Assembly: GCA_964502775.1 (NCBI GenBank) | Contig: CAZCYE010000003.1 | Span: forward strand, 1-43,178 | Source: an uncultured Bifidobacteriaceae bacterium | GTDB taxonomy: Bacteria; Actinomycetota; Acidimicrobiia; IMCC26256; PALSA-555 | Direction of reading: 5' to 3' | DNA length: 43,178 bases | In this document: positions 9,721 through 18,456 of the stretch, piece by piece | Numbering within the stretch: position 1 is the stretch's first letter | How the letters are laid out: each line of letters starts with the position of its first letter | Position numbers and translations under genes: made by a program | Notes under the pieces: model-generated | Databases searched by the model: none | What the model saw: the letters and a program-made list of their open reading frames with translations, nothing else | What the model was told of the DNA's origin: nothing

Positions 9721-10652
9721 CGGACCGGGTGCCGGACCGGGTGCCGGACCGGGTGCGATGGGTGCGTCCCCGGTCGGCGTCATCCCCCGTAGTCTCGGAG
9801 GCATCCGAGCCTTCGGCGGCTCGACACCGCGGGGGTGAAGCATTGGGCGACACCACGAGCTCAGGGGTGGGCGTGGTCGCCACGTTCCCGATCGGTGAGC
9901 TCGTCGAGCGCACCGGGATCCCGGCGAGCACCATCCACCACTATCGCCAGCTCGGCCTGCTCCCGCCACCGGTGCGCGTTGCGCCCAACCGCTTCTTGTA
10001 CGGCGAGCGTCACGTCGAGGCACTTCGTCTCGTGCGCATGCTGCGAGAGCGGCGCCACCTCCCGCTGGAGGCGATCCGAGAGGTGGTTCCCGATCTCCTC
10101 GGAGGCGGCGAGGAAGGGCTGCCGGCCGAGACCTGGGACGAGATGGTCGATCCCGAGGCCGGCGGCGCCGATGTTCGTGCCGCCATCCTCGAGGCCGCGC
10201 GCGCCGCGTTCGCCAAGCATGGCTATGCCGCGGTCAGCGTCGGCGACGTCGCCGAGGCCACCGGCGTGGGCAAGGGGACGGTGTACCGACACTTCCGGTC
10301 CAAGGACGATCTCTTCCAGGCCGCGGCCGAGTCGTCGGGCGCCCGCACCATCGTCGCCTTCCGCGGCGTGCTCGCCGGTGGAGGCCACGGGGTGGGGGTG
10401 GAGCACGCGGCGGCGATCCTCGCCGATGCCCTGGCTCCCGAGGTCACGTTGCTGCTCGAGTTCGTGACCCGGGCGCTCCAGCGCCAGACCGGGCTCGCCG
10501 AGGAGGCCAGCGCCATCTTCGAGGCCTTGGCCGACCACGTCGGAGAGACGATGGGGGACCCTGACGTCGGGGAGCGGGTGGTTCACGCCGCGATGGCCCG
10601 GGCCGTGCTGATCGCTCTCGACGCCCAGACCGACGCCGCCTCCACTCCCTGA
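9717..10652 (+). CDS. transcriptional regulator with a MerR-type HTH followed by a TetR-type HTH and a TetR-like C-terminal domain
   Basis: The MerR signature is FPIGELVERTGIPASTIHHYRQLGLLPPP...RFLYGERHVEALRLVRMLRE. The TetR signature is ILEAARAAFAKHGYAAVSVGDVAEATGVGKGTVYRHFRSKDDLF. ATG 9717 overlaps the cydB stop (ATGA). Alternative starts GTG 9867/9873 would remove a 50-aa R/S/P-rich extension. Confidence 0.75.
   Translation: MTDRVPDRVPDRVRWVRPRSASSPVVSEASEPSAARHRGGEALGDTTSSGVGVVATFPIGELVERTGIPASTIHHYRQLGLLPPPVRVAPNRFLYGERHVEALRLVRMLRERRHLPLEAIREVVPDLLGGGEEGLPAETWDEMVDPEAGGADVRAAILEAARAAFAKHGYAAVSVGDVAEATGVGKGTVYRHFRSKDDLFQAAAESSGARTIVAFRGVLAGGGHGVGVEHAAAILADALAPEVTLLLEFVTRALQRQTGLAEEASAIFEALADHVGETMGDPDVGERVVHAAMARAVLIALDAQTDAASTP
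9721..9756. repeat. perfect 12-bp tandem repeat x3 (CGGACCGGGTGC)
   Basis: Read directly from the sequence. It encodes (DRVP) repeats if the regulator ORF starts at 9717. Confidence 0.95.
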
Positions 10653-10866
10653 GCACCTTCGGCGATCGCCGGTCGCTTGACCCCCCGGGGCTCACGCGTA
10701 CAACATGCTGACTACCTAGTCCGACTCTCGTAGGCGGGTTCGGGTGCTGTTACGGGCCTGGCGCACCGACGGCAGCGAGCCGGGGGCATGCAGACGCCGC
10801 CCGGAGCCGGCGCCGCGGAGCGGCCCGGGCTCCGAGAGTGGGCGTACCGAGAAATGTGGGGAACTC

Positions 10867-11733
10867 GTGGAGGATGTGGAGGGGACGCGTGCGGTCGCCG
10901 ATCGCGTCTCGGAGCGGGCCCCGAGCCGGGCCGGCCACGAGAACTTCCCGGTGGCGTTGCGCGTGCTCCCGGCCGCCGTCCGCCGGCACCTGCTGGCGAT
11001 CTACGGATTTGCGCGCTTGGTCGACGACCTCGGCGACGAGGCGCCGGGCGACCGGGGCGCGCTGCTCGACTGGCTCGACCACGAGCTCGACCTGGCGTTC
11101 ACCGGCACACCGACCAACCCGGTGATGCAGCGGCTCGCCGCGAGCATCCGCGAGTGCCCGTTGCCCGAGGAGCCGTTCCGGCGCCTCGTCGAGGCCAACC
11201 GGCGTGACCAGCGGGTCGATCGTTACCGCACGTGGGCCGATCTGCGCGAGTACTGCTCGTACTCGGCCGATCCCGTCGGGCGACTCGTGCTGGCCGTGTT
11301 CGGAGCGGGCACGCCCGAGCGCATCGCCTGGTCCGACGACGTGTGCACCGGCCTCCAGCTCGTGGAGCATCTCCAGGATGTGGCCGAGGATCTCGCCCGC
11401 GGCCGCGTGTACCTGCCGCTCGAGGATCTCGAGCGCTTCGGGTGCGACCAACGCGAGCTCTCGGCGGCCCACGCGGGGGCGGCGCTGGGCGCGGTGGTGC
11501 GGTTCGAGGTGGTCCGCGCGCGCGAGCTGTTGCGCTCCGGCGTGACCTTGGCCGCGAGCCTGCGCGGTCGTGCCCGCCTTGCGATCTCCGGGTTCACCGG
11601 CGGCGGTCTGGCTGCGCTCGACGCGATCGAGCGAGCCGGCTACGACGTGCTCGGTGTCACGTGCTCAGTCCGACGTTTCGGAGCGTTGCGCCGAATGGCC
11701 GGCGTCGTCGCGAGCGCCTCGAGGCGGCCATGA
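10867..11733 (+). CDS. hpnC: squalene synthase HpnC-type (hydroxysqualene synthase), SQS/PSY family
   Basis: Carries ENFPVALRVLPAAVRRHLLAIYGFARLVDDLGDE (first Asp-rich motif) and LQDVAEDLARGRVYLPLEDL. The start is uncertain (GTG 10867 or 10876; the track ORF begins at 10744). It is followed by hpnD with an ATGA overlap. Confidence 0.82.
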   Translation: MEDVEGTRAVADRVSERAPSRAGHENFPVALRVLPAAVRRHLLAIYGFARLVDDLGDEAPGDRGALLDWLDHELDLAFTGTPTNPVMQRLAASIRECPLPEEPFRRLVEANRRDQRVDRYRTWADLREYCSYSADPVGRLVLAVFGAGTPERIAWSDDVCTGLQLVEHLQDVAEDLARGRVYLPLEDLERFGCDQRELSAAHAGAALGAVVRFEVVRARELLRSGVTLAASLRGRARLAISGFTGGGLAALDAIERAGYDVLGVTCSVRRFGALRRMAGVVASASRRP

Positions 11734-12635
11734 GCGTGTCGGTGTCGGTGAGCACGGCGTACGCCCGGTGCGAGGAGATCACCCGTACCGAGGCCCGGAA
11801 CTTCGCGTACGGGATTCGGCTCCTGCCCCGGCCGAAGCGTCAGGCGATGTCAGCGGTCTACGCGCTCGCGCGTCGCATCGACGACATTGGCGATGGCCCC
11901 GAATCGGCCGAGGTCAAGCTCGAGCACCTCGCCACCGTACGCGCCGACGTGCACACCCTGGCCGGCCGAGGGTTTCCGGGCGACGACCCGGTGATGGTCG
12001 CGCTCGCTGATGCGACGACGCGCTTTGCGATTCCCCTGGATGCGTTCGAGGACCTCGTAGCGGGGTGCGAGCGCGATGCGACGGGTGGGCAGTACGCGAG
12101 CTTCGACGAGCTGGTCTCGTACTGCCGCTTGGTCGCGGGTTCGATCGGTCGACTCTCGTTGGGGGTCTTCGGTTCCACGGATCCGCCGCGGGCGTCTGAG
12201 TTGGCCGACGACCTCGGGGTGGCGCTGCAGCTCACCAACATCCTGCGCGACGTGGTCGAGGATCGCGAGATGGGGCGTGTGTACCTCCCGGCGGAGGATC
12301 TGCAGCGTTTCGGGTGCGCACCGGATCTGGGTGGTCCGGATCTGGGTGGTCCGGATCTGGGTGGTCCGGATCTGGGTGGTCCGGGGCACGCGCTCAGCGA
12401 CCTCGTGGCCTTCGAGGCCGAGCGGGCGCGGGCGTGGTTCGCGCGCGGGCTGGGGCTCCTGGATCTGCTCGACCGCCGCAGCCGTGCCTGTGTCGCGGCG
12501 ATGGCCGGGATCTACCGACGTGTCCTGGCCCGAATTGAAGCGGACCCCGCATCGGTGCTCGAGCGTCGAGTGTCGCTCCCCACCTGGGAGAAGGCCTGGG
12601 TCGCGGCCCGAAGCCTCGCGGGAGCACGAGCGTGA
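11730..12635 (+). CDS. hpnD: presqualene diphosphate synthase HpnD-type, SQS/PSY family
   Basis: ATG 11730 overlaps the hpnC stop. Carries ARNFAYGIRLLPRPKRQAMSAVYALARRIDDIGD and LRDVVEDREMGRVYLPAEDL. It contains an in-frame (PDLGG)x4 insertion. Confidence 0.85.
   Translation: MSVSVSVSTAYARCEEITRTEARNFAYGIRLLPRPKRQAMSAVYALARRIDDIGDGPESAEVKLEHLATVRADVHTLAGRGFPGDDPVMVALADATTRFAIPLDAFEDLVAGCERDATGGQYASFDELVSYCRLVAGSIGRLSLGVFGSTDPPRASELADDLGVALQLTNILRDVVEDREMGRVYLPAEDLQRFGCAPDLGGPDLGGPDLGGPDLGGPGHALSDLVAFEAERARAWFARGLGLLDLLDRRSRACVAAMAGIYRRVLARIEADPASVLERRVSLPTWEKAWVAARSLAGARA
12321..12380. repeat. perfect 15-bp tandem repeat x4 (CCGGATCTGGGTGGT) inside hpnD
   Basis: Read directly. There are four identical units plus a partial CCGG, in frame, encoding PDLGGPDLGGPDLGGPDLGG. 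Confidence 0.97.
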
Positions 12636-14035
12636 GCGTCCCGCCGACCCGCGTCGTGGTCATCGGTGGCGGACTGGCGGGCCTCGCCGCGGGGCTCGCC
12701 TGCGCCGATGCCGGAGCGCGGGTGACCGTGCTGGAGCGTCGGCCCCGTCTGGGCGGGGCCACCTGGTCGTTCAGTCGCAACGGCGCCTGGTTCGACAACG
12801 GACAGCACGTGTTCTTGCGTTGCTGCACGTCGTACCGAGCATTCCTCGAGCGCCTCGGTGTCGCCGATCGCGTGGTGCTCCAGCCCCGCCTCTCGGTCCC
12901 GGTCGTCTCACCCTCGGGACGGGTCGCGTGGCTACGGCGCGGGCACGGCCCCGCTCCGGTCCATCTCGCGCGGTCACTCGCGCGGTTCTGTCACCTGAGT
13001 CGGGGCGACCGGGTGCGGGTGGCGCGCGCCGCCTGGGCATTGCGCCGGTTGGACCTCGATGATCCCGCGCTCGACTCGCTCACGTTCGGGGAATGGCTGG
13101 CTCGTCAGCACCAGAGTGATGACGCGGTGGCGTCGTTCTGGGACCTGGTGGCGCTGCCCACGCTCAACGTAGAGGCGGCCGAGGCCTCACTGTCGCTGGC
13201 GGCGATGGTGTTCAAGACCGGGTTGCTCACCCGGGCCGACGCCGCCGACCTGGGCTGGTCGCGCGTGCCCCTCGGTCAGCTCCACGGTGATGCGGCGGCT
13301 CGCGCGCTTGAGCGGGCCGGAGCCAGCGTCCTGACCGCCACGGCGGTAGGGGGGATCGAAGTGGTCGACGGCGTCGTGACCGGAGTCAGGGCCGAGAGTG
13401 CGCACTTCGACGCCGACGCGGTCATCCTCGCGGTGGGCCATGACGCCGCGGCGGACTTGCTGCCCCGGGACGCGGTGGCCGATCCGGAGCGCCTCCACGA
13501 GTTGGGCACCTCTCCCATCGTGAACGTGCACTTGGTGTTCGACCGCAAGGTCATCAACCATCCCGTCGCCGCGGCCGTGGACTCCCCGGTCCAGTGGGTG
13601 TTCGACCGGACCGACTCGTCGGGGATCGACTCCGGCCAGTGCATCGCGATCTCGCTGTCGGCCGCCGACGAGGATCTCGCGCGCCCCAGCCCCGAGCTGG
13701 TACAGCGCTACTCGGCCGAGCTCGCGCGACTGTTCCCCGCCGTGCGCAGTGCGCGCCTCGTCGACAGCATCGTCACACGCGAGCGCGCGGCCACGTTTCG
13801 CGGTCGTCCCGGAACTCGGTGCCTGCGGCCCGGCCCGCAGACCGCCGTTGGCGGTCTGTACCTCGCCGGTGCGTGGACCGACACCGGCTGGCCGGCCACG
13901 ATGGAGGGCGCGGTCCGCAGCGGGCACGCGGCTGCGGCGGCCGCCGTCGCAACCAACTCCACCGATGGCTCAACCACCTCCGCCGCTGGTCGGGTGCCAC
14001 GACCCCGACGGCTCGATGCGGAGGTCGTGGCGTGA
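12632..14035 (+). CDS. hpnE: FAD-dependent hydroxysqualene dehydroxylase HpnE-type (amine oxidase family)
   Basis: Has the dinucleotide-binding motif VVVIGGGLAGLAAGLACADAGARVTVLERRPRLGG. It sits after hpnC and hpnD, and GTG 12632 overlaps the hpnD stop. Confidence 0.85.
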   Translation: MSVPPTRVVVIGGGLAGLAAGLACADAGARVTVLERRPRLGGATWSFSRNGAWFDNGQHVFLRCCTSYRAFLERLGVADRVVLQPRLSVPVVSPSGRVAWLRRGHGPAPVHLARSLARFCHLSRGDRVRVARAAWALRRLDLDDPALDSLTFGEWLARQHQSDDAVASFWDLVALPTLNVEAAEASLSLAAMVFKTGLLTRADAADLGWSRVPLGQLHGDAAARALERAGASVLTATAVGGIEVVDGVVTGVRAESAHFDADAVILAVGHDAAADLLPRDAVADPERLHELGTSPIVNVHLVFDRKVINHPVAAAVDSPVQWVFDRTDSSGIDSGQCIAISLSAADEDLARPSPELVQRYSAELARLFPAVRSARLVDSIVTRERAATFRGRPGTRCLRPGPQTAVGGLYLAGAWTDTGWPATMEGAVRSGHAAAAAAVATNSTDGSTTSAAGRVPRPRRLDAEVVA

Positions 14036-15045
14036 TCCGGTCCCTGCCCTCGTCGCTGGACCGCGCGCGTGACTACGCGGAGCCGGCGTTGCGTGACGCA
14101 GTGCGCCGGCTCAATCCCGAGATCGTCCCGGTCATCCAATACCACCTGGGCTGGGCCGACGCCGACGGCAACGAGATTCCCGGAGGGGGGGGAAAGGGGA
14201 TCCGGCCTGCGCTCGCGATTCTCTCGGCGGAAGCGACGGGCACCCTCGCCTCGGTCGGCGTGCCGGGAGCAGTCGCGGTGGAGCTCGTGCACAACTTCTC
14301 GCTGCTGCACGACGACGTGATCGATGGCGACCGGGAGCGCCGACACCGGCCCACCGTGTGGGCCCTCTACGGCGTTGGCGAGGCGATCATCGCGGGCGAC
14401 GCCCTGCTCACGCTCGCGGTTCGAGTGCTGCTCGAGTCGGGCACGATCGCGGCCACCCGCGCGGCCTCGTCGCTGGTGCGGGCCACCGACTCCATGATCG
14501 CCGGGCAGGCGGTCGACATGGCGCTCGAGTCACGGCTCGACGTCGACCTCGACGAGTGCCTCGACATGGCCGCGGGCAAGACCGGGGCCCTGCTGGCGTG
14601 CGCCGCCTCGATTGGCGCGTTGCTGGCGGATGCCGATCAGCGGGTGGTCGAGTCGCTGGCCGACTTCGGTCGCAACCTCGGGCTCGCGTTCCAGGCCGTC
14701 GACGATCTGCTGGGCATCTGGGGTCGCCCCGAGATCACGGGCAAGCCGGTGTGGAACGACCTCCGCCAACAGAAGAAGTCGCTCCCGGTGGTGTTCGCCC
14801 TCACGCGGGGCAACGGCAAGTCCGAGGAGCTGCGCGAGATCCTCACCAATGGCTCCATCGAGGAGCGCGACGTGGTGCGAGCGGCCCGCCTGGTCGAGCG
14901 GTGCGGAGGCCGGGAGCTCACGGAGTCGGTCGCCCAGCGGCATCTCGATCTGGCCCTGGCCGCGCTCGAGCGTGAGGCGCTCGAGCCCTCGGCGCACGAC
15001 GAGCTCGTCGAGATCGCCCGGTTCGTGACGACGCGGGAGCTCTGA
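14032..15045 (+). CDS. polyprenyl diphosphate synthase (FPP/GGPP synthase family)
   Basis: GTG 14032 overlaps the hpnE stop. Asp-rich motifs are LLHDDVIDGD and FQAVDDLLGIWG. Confidence 0.85.
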   Translation: MIRSLPSSLDRARDYAEPALRDAVRRLNPEIVPVIQYHLGWADADGNEIPGGGGKGIRPALAILSAEATGTLASVGVPGAVAVELVHNFSLLHDDVIDGDRERRHRPTVWALYGVGEAIIAGDALLTLAVRVLLESGTIAATRAASSLVRATDSMIAGQAVDMALESRLDVDLDECLDMAAGKTGALLACAASIGALLADADQRVVESLADFGRNLGLAFQAVDDLLGIWGRPEITGKPVWNDLRQQKKSLPVVFALTRGNGKSEELREILTNGSIEERDVVRAARLVERCGGRELTESVAQRHLDLALAALEREALEPSAHDELVEIARFVTTREL

Positions 15046-15046
15046 G

Positions 15047-16960
15047 ATGACGCAGTCACTCGATGCCAGCGTCATGACCGCGTGCGCCCGGGCGCGCGAT
15101 CACCTGCTGGGACTCCAGCACCCGAACGGCTGGTGGAAGGGCGAGCTCGAGACCAACGTCACGATGGACGCCGAGGATCTCCTGCTCCGGCACTTCCTGG
15201 GTGTCTCGACGCCCGACGTCGTCGAGGAGACCGCGACCTGGATCCGGTCCCAGCAGCGGTCCGACGGCACGTGGGCGATCTACTACGAGGGTCCGGGCGA
15301 GCTGTCGACCACGGTCGAGGCGTACACCGCATTGCGCCTCGCGGGCGACGCCGTCGATTCCGACCACATGGTCAAGGCCGCCGAGTTCGTTCGTGATGCC
15401 GGCGGTCTCGAGCGGGCCCGCGTCTTCACTCGCCTGTGGCTCGCCCTCGTGGGGCAGTGGTCGTGGGACGACCTCCCCGTGATCCCGCCCGAGCTCGTCC
15501 TGCTCCCGGCGTGGGCGCCGGTGAGCATCTACGACTTCGGCTGCTGGGCCCGCCAGACCGTCGTCGCCCTCACGGTCGTGTCCTCGTACCGGCCGGTGCG
15601 ACCCCTGCCCTTCGATCTCGACGAGCTGCGCACGCACGCCCCGCCCTCGCCCCGCGCCTCTCTTCGCGAACCCGAGGGCCGGTGGCAGGAGCTCGACCGG
15701 TGGCTGCATCGATACCAGCGCACGCCGTTGCGCCCGCTCCGCCGCGCCGCGCTCGCCGAGGCCGAGCGTTGGATCGTCGCCCGTCAGGAGGCGGACGGGT
15801 GCTGGGGCGGGATCCAGCCCGCATGGGTCTATTCGCTGTTGGCGCTGCACCTCCGCGGCTACCCGTTCGATCATCCGGTGATGCGATCCGGGCTCGAGGG
15901 CCTCGACAGCTTCACGATCCGTGACGAACGGGGACGCCGGCTCGAGGCCTGTCAATCGCCGGTCTGGGACACCGCGCTCGCGGTGATCGCGCTCGTTGAT
16001 GCCGGCCTCGACCCGACCGACCCGGCACTGGTGGGGGCCGCGGACTGGCTCCTCGACGAGGAGGTGCGGGTCCGCGGTGACTGGAGCGTGCGCCGCCCCG
16101 ATCTCGACCCGGGTGGGTGGGCGTTCGAGTTCGCGAACGTCAACTATCCCGACGTCGATGACACCGCCGAGGTTGCGCTCGCACTGCGCCTGGTTGGCCA
16201 TCCGGATCCCGGCCGGGTCGACGCCGCGCTGGCGAGGGGAGTGACGTGGGTGCGGGGCATGCGCTGCCGCGACGGCGCCTGGGGTGCCTTCGACGCCGAC
16301 AACACCGCGACGTGGCCGGCCAACCTGCCGTTCTGCGACTTCGGCGCGGTCGTCGACCCGCCGACGGCCGACGTCACCGCTCATGTCGTGGAGATGCTGG
16401 CCGAGTGCGGGGCCGTCGGCGACGACGGCACGGTACCGGCAGCGATCGAGTGGCTTCGTCGGGCCCAGGAGCCCGATGGATCGTGGTGGGGACGCTGGGG
16501 CGCGAACCACATCTACGGCACGGGTGCCGTCCTTCCTGCGCTGGTGTCAGCCGGCATGGCGCGCGACGCCCCCGAGATCCGTCGAGCAGTGAGTTGGCTC
16601 GTGGATCACCAGAATGCCGACGGGGGATGGGGCGAGGACCCACGGTCGTACCGCGAGGCCGATTGGGTCGCGCGCGGCGCGTCGACGGCATCCCAGACCG
16701 CGTGGGCGCTCCTGGCGATGATCGCCGCGGGCGAGCACGACCACCCCGCGACCGCCCGAGCCCTGCGATGGCTGGTGGAGCACCAACGGCCCGACGGCAC
16801 ATGGGACGAGCCGTGGTTCACCGGCACCGGATTTCCCGGCGACTTCTCGATCAACTACCACCTGTACCGCCTCACGTATCCACTGATGGCGCTCGGGCGG
16901 TATCTGCGGTGTCGCGCGGACGAATCCGGTGCGGCCCACCGAGCAGGGGGGACTCGATGA
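15047..16960 (+). CDS. shc: squalene-hopene cyclase
   Basis: The 637-aa product has repeated QW motifs (QxxDGxW/GGWG) and the catalytic DVDDTAEV motif. Confidence 0.95.
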   Translation: MTQSLDASVMTACARARDHLLGLQHPNGWWKGELETNVTMDAEDLLLRHFLGVSTPDVVEETATWIRSQQRSDGTWAIYYEGPGELSTTVEAYTALRLAGDAVDSDHMVKAAEFVRDAGGLERARVFTRLWLALVGQWSWDDLPVIPPELVLLPAWAPVSIYDFGCWARQTVVALTVVSSYRPVRPLPFDLDELRTHAPPSPRASLREPEGRWQELDRWLHRYQRTPLRPLRRAALAEAERWIVARQEADGCWGGIQPAWVYSLLALHLRGYPFDHPVMRSGLEGLDSFTIRDERGRRLEACQSPVWDTALAVIALVDAGLDPTDPALVGAADWLLDEEVRVRGDWSVRRPDLDPGGWAFEFANVNYPDVDDTAEVALALRLVGHPDPGRVDAALARGVTWVRGMRCRDGAWGAFDADNTATWPANLPFCDFGAVVDPPTADVTAHVVEMLAECGAVGDDGTVPAAIEWLRRAQEPDGSWWGRWGANHIYGTGAVLPALVSAGMARDAPEIRRAVSWLVDHQNADGGWGEDPRSYREADWVARGASTASQTAWALLAMIAAGEHDHPATARALRWLVEHQRPDGTWDEPWFTGTGFPGDFSINYHLYRLTYPLMALGRYLRCRADESGAAHRAGGTR

Positions 16961-18456
16961 CGCTGCTGGCGCTCACGCCGCTCCGGGTCGAGGCGCGCGC
17001 CGCGCGCCGCGGCACCTCGCGCGCGCGGGTGGAACGCACGGGGATGGGGCCACGTCGTGCGACGAGAGCCGCTACTCGGCTTGGCGGCGAGGCGGACTGG
17101 GTCCGTGGGGTCGCGATCCTGGGTGTCGGCGGCGCCGTCGATCCGGGCATCGCCGTTGGCGATCTCGTGGTGGCCGATGAGGTGCGCGGACCCGGAGGCT
17201 CGGTCGTCCAGCTCCGGGGCGCGGGCATCGTGGCTCGGGAGCTGCGCCGGGCCGGACTCGAGACCCATGTCGGTGCCGTGGGGTCGTTCGAGCGTGTGGT
17301 GCGTAACGGCGAGCGTGCGCGTCACCATGCCGACGGCCTCCTGGCCGTCGACACCGAGTCGGCGTGGCTCACCAACGTCACGACCTGCCGCCCGCTCGCG
17401 GTGGTCCGAGCGATCGTCGACACACCGACGCGGCCCCTCCTGTCGCCCCGCTCGGTGAGTGGCGGGGTCAGGGCACTGCGCAGCGTGCGGGCCGCCGCCG
17501 GCGCGTTGGAGCGGTGGGCCGCCGCCTGTGGGCCCCGCACCGTGCTCCTCGCTGGCCCGCGCTCGTTCTGTGCGGGCGTCGAGCGGGCGATCGATGTGGT
17601 GGACCGCGCGCTCGACCGCTTCGGAGGTCCGATCTTCGTGCGGCGCCAGATCGTGCACAACACGCATGTGGTCAGGGGACTCGAGGAGCGAGGCGCCCTC
17701 TTCGTCGAAGAGCTCGACGACGTGCCCGAGGGCGCGATCGTCGTGTTGGCCGCGCACGGTGTGGCACCGGAGGTCCACGCTCAGGCGGCGGATCGAGGGC
17801 TGCAGGTGATCGATGCGACCTGTCCCCTGGTCGCCAAGGTGCATACCGAGGCCCGCAGGTTCGCGGCCCAGGGCTACGAGATCGTCCTGATCGGCCACGA
17901 CGACCACGAGGAGGTCGAGGCCACCCGCGGTGAGGCACCGGGCCAGGTGCACGTCATCACCGAGCCGGACCAGGTCGGCCAGCTCGAGATTCGCGATCCT
18001 CAGCGGGTGGCGTACCTGACCCAGACCACCCTCGCCGTGGAGACCACCCAAGCGGTGATCGATGCGCTCCGGCTACGCTTCCCGACCATCGTCGGGCCCA
18101 AGGGCGACGACATCTGCTACGCCACCCAGAACCGTCAGGACGCGGTACGGACGGTCGCGCGGGAGGCTGACGTGGTGCTCGTGGTGGGATCCCCCAACTC
18201 TTCGAACGCCAATCGTCTCGCCGAGGTGGCGGAGCGGGAAGGTTGCCGCGCCTACCTTCTTGAGGACCACTCCGAGTTGGACCTGGGGTGGCTACGGTCG
18301 GCCGACGTGGTCGGCGTGACCGCAGGGGCATCAGCCCCCGAGGTCTTGGTGCACGAGCTGGTCGAAGTGCTGGGTGGCCTGGGCCCGGTGCGGGTGGAGG
18401 ATCGTATGGTGACGACCGAGAAGGTCCAGTTCGCCCTACCGGCGGAGGTGCGCTGA
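16957..18456 (+). CDS. ispH: fusion protein: HpnG-like phosphorylase (PNP/UDP family) N-domain + IspH (HMBPP reductase) C-domain
   Basis: ATG 16957 overlaps the shc stop. The N-terminal ~190 aa carry AVDTES and VVRAIVDTP, as in the hopanoid-associated phosphorylase. The same frame continues without a stop into VLLAGPRSFCAGVERAI, DATCPLVAKVH and DDICYATQNRQ, the three IspH Fe-S cysteines. Confidence 0.8.
   Translation: MTLLALTPLRVEARAARRGTSRARVERTGMGPRRATRAATRLGGEADWVRGVAILGVGGAVDPGIAVGDLVVADEVRGPGGSVVQLRGAGIVARELRRAGLETHVGAVGSFERVVRNGERARHHADGLLAVDTESAWLTNVTTCRPLAVVRAIVDTPTRPLLSPRSVSGGVRALRSVRAAAGALERWAAACGPRTVLLAGPRSFCAGVERAIDVVDRALDRFGGPIFVRRQIVHNTHVVRGLEERGALFVEELDDVPEGAIVVLAAHGVAPEVHAQAADRGLQVIDATCPLVAKVHTEARRFAAQGYEIVLIGHDDHEEVEATRGEAPGQVHVITEPDQVGQLEIRDPQRVAYLTQTTLAVETTQAVIDALRLRFPTIVGPKGDDICYATQNRQDAVRTVAREADVVLVVGSPNSSNANRLAEVAEREGCRAYLLEDHSELDLGWLRSADVVGVTAGASAPEVLVHELVEVLGGLGPVRVEDRMVTTEKVQFALPAEVR

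Noticed and set aside
10677-10706. Candidate sigma-70-type promoter upstream of hpnC (TTGACC - 18 nt - CAACAT)
   Set aside because: The -35 element is good but the -10 is weak and ambiguous (TACAAC at 16 nt is an alternative). There is no supporting evidence, so it is too weak to list as a feature.
12321-12380. Possible CRISPR-like array (also 9721..9756 and 20541..20580)
   Set aside because: The units are directly tandem with no spacers and are 10-15 bp long. Two of the three lie in frame inside ORFs. These are simple tandem repeats, not CRISPR.
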